Shown here: positions 45,209 to 55,615 of the stretch, in pieces | Numbering within the stretch: position 1 is the stretch's first letter | Layout of the letters: the number at the start of each line of letters is the position of its first letter | Assembly: GCA_019828565.1 (NCBI GenBank) | Contig: JAHDYR010000053.1 | Location: 222,214 to 286,213 of the forward strand | Reading direction: 5' to 3' | Source of the DNA: Carpediemonas membranifera BICM | Taxonomy: Eukaryota > Protista > Fornicata | DNA length: 64,000 nt | Notes under the pieces: generated by a model | Database searches by the model: none | Told to the model about the DNA's origin: nothing | The model's input: the letters and a program-made list of their open reading frames with translations, nothing else | Translations under genes and position numbers: made by a program

Positions 45209-47431
45209 ATGGGCGGGGAGCTGAGCAAGGCGTTCAAAGGCGCCGATATTGATCAAGACAACTGTTTTCGCGATGAATCCGGCGTCATTCAAGCTGTCTA
45301 CAACGCGGACCTGCCTTCTGACGCTGGGACCAAGGCCATGTCCATCCTAGAGCTCGCCACATTCACCGAGGCCGCGAAATGCGCCGCATACGCCAAGCAT
45401 CCGCACATCCTACCAGTCGAAAAGGTCGAAGGCCCCACGAAGAACGGGCATTTCTTCGTCCTCACCCCCCATGTGGTTCCCCTGGCCGCCACAGCAGACA
45501 TGGACGCCCCCACAGACTCCCAGGTCCTCCTAGGCATCATATCCATCGCCGAGGCGCTCCATTTCTACTCCGTCCACTCTCACCTCGAGATTGCCGTCTC
45601 CGTCGACTGCATATGCCGTGCCGACTCAGACGAGTGGCTCTTCTGTGGCTGGCACAGGGCAACCAAGGTACGTGGCGACACACCAGTACCCCCACCCATC
45701 CGAGAGCTGTGCGAGGTCGTCCGGTCCTTCCTGGCCGAGTGCTACCCCAACACACAGTTCCCGGGGTTCACAGCGCTGCTGCTGGCCCGGCCGGCCACCG
45801 TAGAGGACATACTCAGCGCCCCGTGTCTCAGGGCGGTGCGGTATGACTTGTACCAGGGCATTGGCCAGCTTGCCCTGCAGGGTGACACGCATTTCTACGA
45901 CAAGCTGTCTGAAGCAGTGGACGCAGGGACCTTTTCTGACAATTACACGCGACACCGCCTACTCCCCCTGCTTTCTGATTATCTCAGCCTCGGCAAGGAC
46001 GCCTTTGTCCCCGCAGTCCTACCCTGGTGCCGAGCACTCGACCGTGTTGAGCCGTGCGACTTTACAATGGACTTAATCCGGCGTGTGATCAAGGACACGC
46101 ACGTTAGGGCCGAGCGTGGTTCTGTTGACGAGCTGAGCCGACTAACCCAAGGCCTTGCTAGCGTTGTCCAGAGCTATAAGATGCCCGGGGCGAGAGCCCT
46201 GCTGCCCACACTCAAGGAGCTGGCGCCCACGTACCTGGTGTACACGTACAGGCTCACAGAGGCGGTGATGCAGCAGTATCAGCGCGACGGGAGCAGGCCC
46301 AGAGAGGAGTGGAGCGTCCCTTTCCAGAACGCTGCCAGAGACATCATGGCCGCGTGTGTCGAGAACATCAGGGCAGGGGCGACGCTGCAGAACCATAGGC
46401 TGATGCTCTTCTACTGCATGCGGCTGACAAGCTTCCTCCAGACCACGTTCAAGCAGGGTTCAATCAATTTCCATGATTTGATCGATGAGCCCGTTGAAAA
46501 GGCAGGAAAGCTCGGCCTGACGAAGACCAGCAGACCATCCCTCATCTCCCTCGTCCTGCAGCTCCTGTCACTGCCCGAGTACCCGCCAAACGTCCCACCG
46601 CAGGAAGAGGATTCGAACAAAAGAATGCCGCTCGTGGCCGCTTGTGTGGTGGAGTTAATCAGCGCGCTGCCGAGACCGCCGAGTCCTGAGCTGACTGATG
46701 ATCTCATTGCTCAGATCGTATCTTCCATGACCACAATGACTGCTATCAGATACACTGTTATGGCCCCCGCCCGATCACCAGAGCGGGTCCAGGCCAGGGC
46801 CGTACTTGCCGCACTAGTGGGTCCGGAAAACTCTCCCGGCCGGTCTTCGACTGTCAACAAGTCAATCCGGAGTCGACCCGCACCCGAGCATGGACGTAAG
46901 CCAGTGAGCCAGAGCAAGCCCGGCGCCAGCCACGCCGTAAACGAGCTGAGCAGGGGCCCTGAGCGGTACGCATTGCCCAACAACGTGGTGACCGAGCGAA
47001 AGACTCCGGAAACCCGTCAGACCACCGGACTTGACCTCACTGGAGTCGGTATGCTCAATTTCGGCACCTCAACGCCCTCAACTGTCTCCGGAATCTCTCC
47101 ACGAAGCGCCCTGAAACACCCCGGTCAGGCGAAGAAGGGCACCGTGGTCCGCATGGACCTCGAGGGCCTGGACTTCAGCAGTTCCGGCACAGAGGACTCC
47201 GGCACAGAGTCGCCGAGTCCGAGTCGAGTCGAGTCACAGTCGGCGAGTCTTGCGAAGGGGTCGCCGCAGCCATCACCGGGAACGGACGAGCCGATTGAGG
47301 CCTCGTGGGGCGTGTCTCCGACTACTACACCAACTAGGGCGCCGCCAGAGGAGCCTGTGATGCGATGGAATGCTCCCAGTCGTGGCAGGAAGAAGCTCGG
47401 GGCTCGTCGGATTGATCCTGACTCATTTTAA
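45209..47431 (+). CDS. SCY1-like pseudokinase
   Basis: MGGELSK myristoylation-type start, degenerate kinase (HPHIL, HVVPL, IAEALHF), helical repeats and C-terminal KKLGARRI. Confidence 0.7.
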   Translation: MGGELSKAFKGADIDQDNCFRDESGVIQAVYNADLPSDAGTKAMSILELATFTEAAKCAAYAKHPHILPVEKVEGPTKNGHFFVLTPHVVPLAATADMDAPTDSQVLLGIISIAEALHFYSVHSHLEIAVSVDCICRADSDEWLFCGWHRATKVRGDTPVPPPIRELCEVVRSFLAECYPNTQFPGFTALLLARPATVEDILSAPCLRAVRYDLYQGIGQLALQGDTHFYDKLSEAVDAGTFSDNYTRHRLLPLLSDYLSLGKDAFVPAVLPWCRALDRVEPCDFTMDLIRRVIKDTHVRAERGSVDELSRLTQGLASVVQSYKMPGARALLPTLKELAPTYLVYTYRLTEAVMQQYQRDGSRPREEWSVPFQNAARDIMAACVENIRAGATLQNHRLMLFYCMRLTSFLQTTFKQGSINFHDLIDEPVEKAGKLGLTKTSRPSLISLVLQLLSLPEYPPNVPPQEEDSNKRMPLVAACVVELISALPRPPSPELTDDLIAQIVSSMTTMTAIRYTVMAPARSPERVQARAVLAALVGPENSPGRSSTVNKSIRSRPAPEHGRKPVSQSKPGASHAVNELSRGPERYALPNNVVTERKTPETRQTTGLDLTGVGMLNFGTSTPSTVSGISPRSALKHPGQAKKGTVVRMDLEGLDFSSSGTEDSGTESPSPSRVESQSASLAKGSPQPSPGTDEPIEASWGVSPTTTPTRAPPEEPVMRWNAPSRGRKKLGARRIDPDSF

Positions 47432-47593
47432 GGTATATATGGTATTGTATATAACATGTAAAGCACGCCAGTATGGGTAGACGGTCGAGCTACGCTCAGC
47501 GCTGAGCCTGCGGTCGCCGGTCGAGTTCCCGCAGTTTACCGCTTGTCATTGTGCTTGCCAAATCAACTCGGCTAATACCGACGAAGATTACTT

Positions 47594-48222
47594 ATGGATC
47601 GGTTATGTCAAGAACTGTGCCAGATATCTGCGCTTAGGTGTCTTAAGAACTTCGACTTTCGGCTTCGTTCATCCGAGGAGCTCGTTGTAATCGTTTGTAT
47701 CCATTTCTGCAACTTATACCGGCCAAAAACATCAAAACGCCGCCAGCAAGACGCCTTGAGAATATTGTCATCAATCCCCTCGCGCCAGCCTCTCCGTGCG
47801 CACGGGAAAGCATCGTAGCGCCATCCTCACAGCTCGTCTTCGTCCTGGCGGGCTACTCTCGATACAAGATCCCCGGGATCTGGCTCCGGTCATCAGATCA
47901 AGACGCCTATGCCCTTGGCCATGCGATAAGCACCACTGAGAACCTTAACCTGCCGTCTGTTGAACGATGGATGCAATACACCTTCCCCGCGGCAGCAATC
48001 CTTAGTGAACTCTCGCAACATCTGAATGGAGACGTTAACCCGTTTATAGTGGACTTCAAGGCCCTCGGGGCTATCTCCCAAGACGAGCGATCGTTGATTG
48101 TGTCGTCGCTGCTCCAATATCTCAAAGACCTGCTCGCCTCCCAGCCCGAGTTCGAGGCAAGTCTGTGGGACGATATTGTGCGGCTGACCGAGCTCCAGGC
48201 TTCCATCATCCTTGTAGGATGA
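47594..48222 (+). CDS. Hypothetical protein; proposed 29-nt GT-CG intron at 47693-47721
   Basis: 33-codon ATG exon joins the downstream ORF (no ATG near its 5' end) in frame if GTTTGT...CTTATACCG is removed. Confidence 0.55.
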
Positions 48223-48306
48223 CGGGGCAACATTCACATAAACATCAGCAGCGACGAACCCCAACCCCGCCAGCTCGTACCGCTATGTTTATACGCCATG
48301 CCATGC

Positions 48307-49957
48307 CTATTCAGACTCGTACTCCGCATGGTCATCCCACTCCCTGTATATCGGGTCAATCAGTCGACTGCCCTGAGCGAGCTGGAACGGATCAAAGGGG
48401 AAGAAGGTCTCGATGAGCTCCTGCTTAACTCGAGAGGAAGTCATGCCAAAGTTGTGGAAGGTGAACGCCTTGTCACGCGTCAGTATGTGCTCAATATCGG
48501 GTGAAAGCATGTTTCTACTCGCGCACAAGTCGATGAATTGGTCCACAATCGGCTCGAAGCACACTGAGAGCGGCTTCAAAGGGCTCTCAATGACACTCTG
48601 CATCTGACCGTCAGGGCCGAACAGGGCGGTCATCTGCGGGCACAGCAGTGTGTCAGGGTGGAAGCACGCGATATAAAAGATAGTCTGGCAAATGGTGTAA
48701 AACATGGGATGGGAAAAGACGTCGGGGATCGCGTCTGGCGCCACCTCCTCGGCCATGAGATAATCGAGCAGCATCTCGGCAATCATATGAACCGCCCGAT
48801 CGGGAACGAACGTAGCCCTCGCAACGAATGATCCAACGTAGTACGACGCGCATTGCCTGACTGACACGTCCAGACTATGGTCAAGGATTGTCTGGAACAG
48901 ACGGACGAGGAACATGGAGCAGAGGTCGCCCGGGCAGAGCGAGCAGAGATAAAACATCGCGAACTGGACGTATTTGCTGCGGTAGGTGCGGAGCACGCGG
49001 CGGACGAAGCCGGGCAGGGTGTTTTCGAAGAGGGCGATGGCTCTCGCGGGGTCACCCCGGGCTTGGCGCTCCATCCAATCCATGACGACCATGAGGCAAC
49101 GATCTAGGCGATCGGCCATCTCAATAACAAAAGCAGAGGCGTCTGGCCTTGCCCCCGTGTCCGCCAGGATCTTGTGGGGTGGTGAGAAGGCCTCGTGGGA
49201 GGATACGAAGCGGCCCTCTTGCACGGATTGGCCGCGCATGGACATGTCTTGGGCCGATGAGGGTGAGGGCTCCTCTTCGAGATCCTCGAGCAGCTCGGGC
49301 TTGATCTCCACGTCCACGAGGATCAGGCTGTTGAATATGCAGTCAATAACATCCGCCTCCCACTGCGGAGCATACTCGCACATGGCCAGCATGGCGGATA
49401 TGAACGAGACGTGCTGCTCTGCGTCAGAGTGGACGCCAGGCATCGCAGAGTTCACCACGTGTACTACAGAGTGAGTGAAGGCGTCCGGGTTGGTCTTCAT
49501 GAGGCAGCGGAGGACGGAATGGGCGAAGTGCTGTGCCTCGGGTATGAGGAAGCCGTGGCCGATAACGTGGCTCACGACGGTGCCGGCAAACGACGAATGG
49601 GCGGACACAAGCGTGGTAAGGGACTGCTGGTAGAAGAGGAGCATTGCAGGGTCCGAATACTTCCAGTACGGCATCTCGACGATGGGGGGGATGATGTCGG
49701 GCCGCTCGGCTGCTACCGCGGCAATGCAGTCCTTAACACCTTCGTAGAACTGAGATATTGAGCGTTCAGGCCAGTTTGCAAGCATGTAGGTCATCGTTGT
49801 GGTCTGTGTGAGGGGGACTGCCCGAACGAACGTTGAACTTCGACGTATCGCAAAGCATCGCATACATGTCTGTCGTCGCCTTGAACTCATCACTTTGTGC
49901 GTTCGACTTGGAGATTGCAATCGTCAAAGACGACCGAATGCGATGGGGCTCCACCAT
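48307..49957 (-). CDS. RRN3: RNA polymerase I initiation factor RRN3; intron 49804-49831
   Basis: SKYVQFAMFY, YYVGSFVARA, FYTICQTIFYI.CF, PLKPL and FFPFDP motifs; 28-nt GTTCGT...CTCACACAG intron joins the ATG 49957 exon in frame. Confidence 0.88.
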
Positions 49958-50131
49958 CGAACCTGAACACGCAGGTTTAGGTCAGATGTGCAGAAGCCGC
50001 TGAACGAGGCTTCTGACCAGAGATTCGAGTGTTAATATGCATGAATGAAGTGTAGCCTGCCCTTTATTCGCCATCCGTCAGCTGTTACATAAACTGCGCC
50101 ACGAAAGGACGTGGAGCAGTCCGACTGACTC

Positions 50132-50896
50132 ATGAGGTTTGTAGCCATAGCTATGTGAGTACTCTAATACAGCTTGCAATATAGTGCCATTGTGAAAGGA
50201 ACCACGATCTTAGTGGAAACGCGAGCCGATCCCGAGACCAAATCTCTCGTTCGGCGCGCCATAGATCAGATGCCGGATCACCAATGCAGCAACTCGTTCA
50301 GAGAGGACGATGTGTTCATCCACCACCGTGTTGACGACAAAGGCCTCAAGTTCATCTGCGTTACCAACAGTGCTGCAGGTCGGAGGATCCCCTTCAACTT
50401 CATCAGCGACATTCAGCACACATTCAACCGCACATTCCCTGACGCAAACCTTGCGGAACCTCGTGCGTTGTCGTACCAAGACAAGTTTGCCCGTGTTCTC
50501 CAGACTCGGATGGATGCGCACTCGTCGGGAAATGAGGACAAGATCACGCGAGTCCAGAACCAAATGGGCGAGGTGAAGGACATCATGCTGACTAACGTAG
50601 ACAAGGTCATCGAGCGCGGCACCAAGCTCGAGATCTTGGGCGACAACGCCGCCCTTCTCAAGGGTGCGAGCGTGCAGTTTAAGGACGAAGCAAAGAAACT
50701 ACGTAGAGAGCTATGGAGCAGGAACTTCAAGCTCTCCATGGTGATCTGCATCATGGTAGTAGTCGTGGCTATGGCGCTCTCCATCTTTTTGTGCGGCGGG
50801 CTCACTCTTCCGGATTGCCGGAGCATTGTGAACGCCGTCATTGGGTGGGTCAACCGGACAATTATAAGTCCGTCAAACAGCTCGCCGTTTAAGTAG
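50132..50896 (+). CDS. VAMP7: VAMP7-type longin R-SNARE; intron 50137-50172
   Basis: Longin domain (GRRIPFNFI), synaptobrevin motif VKDIMLTNVDKVIERGTKL and C-terminal TM; ATG AG|GTTTGT...CTAATACAG|C gives MSLQYSAIV. Confidence 0.9.
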
Positions 50897-51162
50897 AATG
50901 ATGATAGTTTTGTGTGTAAAGTGTTCCTTTAGCCCAACTGGTGTGACTCCGACCACGGACGTCAGCTCAGCCATAACGTGGAGTCTTGTGTAAAACTTGT
51001 GGCGGGCGGTAGGGTCTGTCGCCTTCAGTTGTGAATGAACTCCCGTTTGACCGTAGCACAGCAGTCGTATCGACGACGGTCCTTACGAGTGCACGCAGCG
51101 AAGTGCCTGGGTCGCCTCATCGTCACAGGAGAGTTTATCGGAGGAATGTTGGAACAAATGCC

Positions 51163-53720
51163 CTATTCGACGGTCGTGGCCGCGACGAGGCGGTCGTGGC
51201 TGCCCTTGTCGAGCTGGAGCTTCTCGGCGTCCGACGCCACGGACCGGAGGACAGCCATGCACTGGTTGCTAACGACGTACCGCCCGACGGTCTCGGGCAT
51301 CTTGTCGGAGACCTGCATGACGCGGCTGAACTCCTCGCTGGCCGCGGCGACGGCGGTATTGGCCTTGACGAGCTCGCTGCGGCGCTTGGCCTTCAGGTCG
51401 TCAAGGTCGGCGCCCAGCTGGCGCTCTTCTGCCATCTTGACGTCGAGCTGGGCGGAGATCGATGAGAGTTGCTGGTTATTGAACTTCGCAGCCTCCCGCA
51501 TGCTGCGGTTCTCCTTCGTCAGCCTGCTCTGCGTCGCCTCCAGCGCGTCCACGTCCGCGCGCAGGCTCTGCCGGAGCTCCTCCGTCTGGGCGCTGTGTCC
51601 GCCCCTGTTCTTCGCCTTGGCCGCGGCGTTCGCGGACTTGAAGGCCTCCACCATCTTCTCGTACTTTGTCACCTCCGCACGACGCGCCTCGATCTTCTCG
51701 TGGAGCGCCGAGCCCTCCTCCCTCGAGGCGCTGCTTCTCGAGGGCTGCGCGGCCGATGATGGTGGTCTGATCGAGCGGCTTGCCGTCCTCGTCAACGCCC
51801 ATCTTGGACTGGCGCACCTCGAGCTTCTTCCTGAGGTTTGCGTTGACGAGCTGCTGGCGGTTGACCTCGTTGGTGATGCGCGAGTGCTCCTCGCGCAGCG
51901 TCCTCACGTTGCTTTCGGTCTCGTCGACGAGCATCTTGACGTTCATCAGCTGCTCGGCCCGGGTCAGCTCGGTCTGCGCGAGCTTGTTCTCCCAGTAGAA
52001 GGACTTGTTGAGCGCCACGCTGACGAGCTCGGTCTTCTTCGCCACCTCCACGCGCATCTGGTCGACGCGCACGCGCTCATCGTTGCGCAGCGTCTGCATC
52101 TTCAGCTTCTCCTGCTCGCACGTGCTCGTCACGAGCTCCAGCTCGCTGCGGTGCGTGCTGGCCTCGTCCAGGCGGGCTCTGAGCATGTCGAGCTCCTTCC
52201 GGTCGGCAGCCTGCGTCCGCGCCTGGCTGGTCTCCTGCTGCTGGAGGAGCTTGAACTCCGCCTTCCGCTCGGCGAGCGACGCCTCGAGGCTCGCGATCTT
52301 GTCGTTGAGTGCGGTCTTCTCCTCCGCGGTGCGGTGGCCCTGCGCGCGCTCGAGCCGGCGCTGAAGCTTCTGGACCTCGAAGTTCACGGAGTACAGCTTG
52401 CGGACGAGCTTCTGCTGCTCGGCGTCCTTGTCGCGGACGGACGACGTCAGGTTCCGCAGCATGCTCTGCGCGCCGCTGATGTCGGTGTTGAGCGAGCGCT
52501 CCTCGCTAATCTTGGCGTCGCGCAGGTCACGCTGCTTCATGCGCTGCTCGTCGAGCGCCCGCTGCTCGGCCTTCGCGGCGGCCTGGAGCTCGACCGTCTC
52601 GTCGTAGCGCTTCTTGATCTCGGCCTGGCGCTCGGCGACGCTCCTCTCCTTCGTCACCAGCGTATTGGCGGCCAGCTTGATGGCCTCGATCTCCTTCTGG
52701 ACGCCGTCGCGCTTGGCGCTCGCGGCCAGCGTCTCCTGGTTGGTCTTGGCCGTCTGGGTCTGCCACGTGCGGCCCTCCTTCTCGCCGGCCCCGATGCCGC
52801 TGCGCACGAGGGCGTTCTGGCGCTGCCGCTCCTCGCGGGCGCGCTCGTCCTCGATACGACTCTGGCGGACGGTCTCGAGCGTCCCGAGAGACACAGTCTC
52901 CTGGTGCGTGACCTCCTTCTCGGCCAGGCGGTTGAGGCGGAGCGCCTCCTCGTCCTCGTTCATGCGGATGCGCAGCGCGTCGTCAAGCTGCGTCTCCTCC
53001 TCGGTCTCGGCCCGCTCCTCCTCGATGTCTGCGTCCTTCCTCGCCATGGTCTGGGCGAGGTCCTCGAGCTCGGCGTGGCGGCGGATGACGGCCTGCCGCT
53101 CCTCGCTGAACTCCTCGGCGAGCCTGTTCACGATCGTCTGCTTCGTGCGCGTCAAGCTGACGTCCGTCGCAAGGCCCTCGCGAAGTGCCTCCTTCTCGCG
53201 GTCGTTATGGTCGATCTTCGTCTGCAGCTCCTTCAGCTTGGCCTCGTCCGTCTTCATGTACGACATCTGCGCGGCGGCGTCGTCGCTCTTCTGCTTGATG
53301 ACGAGCGACCACTGCTCATACGCCTCCTGGCTTAGCCCAAGCTGCTCCGTCTGCGTCGCGATCTTCGCCTGTATCCCACGCAAGCTGTTCTGGTGCTCAT
53401 TGAGCTGCTGAATGCTCTGCTCGGTCTTGGCCTCGACCTTCACGATCTCCTTCTGCTCGGCCTCGGTCTCGGCGGACAGCACGCCAACGGTCTCCTCTAT
53501 GCGGGCGATCTCGGCGTCAGTTTCCATCTGTAGCTTGTTGCAGTTCTGGAGCTCCTGCTCGACGCTCTTCGTGTGGCTCTTGAGCGCCCGGGTGCGCTCG
53601 TTCTCCGAATCCAGCTTCAGCGCAGCTTCTTCGGCTTCGTCCTGGAGTTTGTCGATCTGTGTGATAGAGTGGTGTGCTACGAACTAGTTGTTTGTATTCC
53701 AGGATGCGCTGCAGGTCCAT
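51163..53720 (-). CDS. CCDC39: Axonemal ruler protein CCDC39/FAP59; intron 53657-53684, apparent frameshift near 51720
   Basis: YEQW....QKSDD....Y...DE.KLKEL and LYSVNFEVQKLQRRLERAQG...EEK.AL..KI motifs; C-terminal part continues in ORF 51163-51795. Confidence 0.8.
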
Positions 53721-53856
53721 CGTGAATTTTCGATGTTTGACATAAACTGCACATCGCAAATGTCGAGAACCCGGCAGCGTCTGGTTTGGGACGGTGACGG
53801 GGCGCGTGCTGCGGGTGGGTGGGAGTAGAATGACCCCCAGTGGCCTGGTGTGATCG
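52105..53856. repeat. Inverted segmental duplication B, copy 1 (partner 62249 to the window end)
   Basis: Reverse complement of 62249-64000. Confidence 0.95.
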
Positions 53857-54263
53857 AGCTGTGTTGCGATTCTGTGGGGGCCTCCCCTTTGCTGGTCGAG
53901 CGATGCTGCTCTTTGCAATGATTTGAATGCTACGTCGACCCGGGTGCATCGGAGCACGGGAATCCAAGCTAGCATATTCCTCGCCCATCCTCTACCCGAC
54001 AAATCTTTGGCACGATTGAGCAGGGACCTGAACCTCTTTTAGTCTTCGGAAAGTTGCACCAGTCGAGTGTACCTGCGGTCAGCGATCAACACCATCATCT
54101 CGTATCAAACCAGAGAACTCATCACATCTGACCACGACCGATCACAGGAGATTCTGTACCACAGCAATCCAAGTCTTTGAACGCAGCCCGCCAACCCTAG
54201 CCCAACTACACTTATCTATTTTACTATCCATCGGCCGGAGTCCAACCCGGCCGACGCACCAGC

Positions 54264-55316
54264 TTATTTGTACGCGTCGAGGAAGTCCAGACTGGGCGGG
54301 ACACCCAGAGAAACACGGTGGAGCCTCATGCGAGAGTATTTGGAATACGCCGCGCTCTTCTCCGTGGACCGGACCTCCGCCCAGGCCTTCTCCATCTCTC
54401 GGACGGGGGCGACCAGCTCCCGCATGCCGTGGCCAGTGATCTGGGCCAGGGTACCGTCCCAGAAGCCGCAGCCAGTGGCGTGCCGAGCCAAGGCAACCGC
54501 AGCGGCGGCGATGAGGGAGTTTGAGTACTTAAGCATACCCACATCGCGCTGGGCGAGCTCAATAAGGAAGCCAGAGGTGAGAGCAGTCTTGTTGCTGCAG
54601 CCGGCTGCGTAGCAGTATCGTTTCAAGAAGGTTCTCGCCGTGGCGACCGTGAGCGTGAAGTCGAGGGTGTTGAGGATCTCGCGCTCCATGGCGCGGATCT
54701 GGTCGCATGTGTAAGTGTCCTCGGTCATGTAGGCGAAGTCGTCGACCGGGGGCGGGGTGCACTCCTCATACTTGGCTGCGATCCAGAGGGCGGTAGTGCC
54801 GACAAGCTGGACTCTGCTGCGGGCGATTTGCTTGACGGCGAGGTATCTGTGGAGGATGTTCATGCCGAGGAAGTACGTCTCCGTCTGCATCGTGCATTCG
54901 GTGGCGACCTCAAGGAGCCAGTCTGCGACGATGGAGATCATTTGAGGCTGCAGCTGGGGCTGTTTGGCGATGTAGTTCGCCGTGGGCTGTGTGGTGACCT
55001 CGAGACGGTGGAGGTAGTCCATGATGCGCTTGACGTACTCCGGGCAGAATCTGCGGTCAGTCTCGCATGAATCGACGTCACGGACAGCCGCATCGAAGCC
55101 TGGGCCGGAAACCAGCATCTCGCCAAAAGCTTGGGAAGGGAAGATTCGATCAAGCTGCTGCGCCTGACTGGCGAGTGGAGAAACCTGCACAGATTGCGAA
55201 GCATCAGTTCCAGTCAGTGTGGGAGCAGTGCGGGCCGATGAGCTGGCCTTCTTGCTCTGGTCCTGGACGTGAGTCTTCTGGCGCACGAAATGAGAAGCAA
55301 GAGATTGCTGATACAT
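54264..55316 (-). CDS. A/B-type cyclin
   Basis: Cyclin box MISIVADWLLEV, ETYFL, QLVGTTALWIAAKYEE, MEREILNTLDF. Confidence 0.93.
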   Translation of the reverse strand: MYQQSLASHFVRQKTHVQDQSKKASSSARTAPTLTGTDASQSVQVSPLASQAQQLDRIFPSQAFGEMLVSGPGFDAAVRDVDSCETDRRFCPEYVKRIMDYLHRLEVTTQPTANYIAKQPQLQPQMISIVADWLLEVATECTMQTETYFLGMNILHRYLAVKQIARSRVQLVGTTALWIAAKYEECTPPPVDDFAYMTEDTYTCDQIRAMEREILNTLDFTLTVATARTFLKRYCYAAGCSNKTALTSGFLIELAQRDVGMLKYSNSLIAAAAVALARHATGCGFWDGTLAQITGHGMRELVAPVREMEKAWAEVRSTEKSAAYSKYSRMRLHRVSLGVPPSLDFLDAYK

Positions 55317-55615
55317 GTTGCCGCTGCTGTGTCAATGTGCTTGTATCGTTCTGTGTGGTGTAAGCTGTTGAAACGCAACGGTACAGCGGCAAGACCGAGG
55401 CGAAGAGGATGGCGCGAGAAAAAAAACTTGCGCCAACATTTTCCAGACCATTTGTGCGGCAAAAACGCTCGGCCTGCTGCCACAAAACGCTTCCGGAGCT
55501 TTGATCAGCTCAGCAATGCCGGCTAGCTGGGTGCAATTCTTTTTCCCGATGGCAAACGATACCGTCACTGTGACAGCCCCGGAATGAACCGAGCAACTCG
55601 ACCATCCAGAATAGT

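Noticed and set aside
51035-53335. Long 766-aa plus-strand ORF and similar antisense ORFs over AspRS, GDH and CysRS
   Set aside because: Shadow ORFs caused by GC3-rich codon bias of the real gene on the opposite strand
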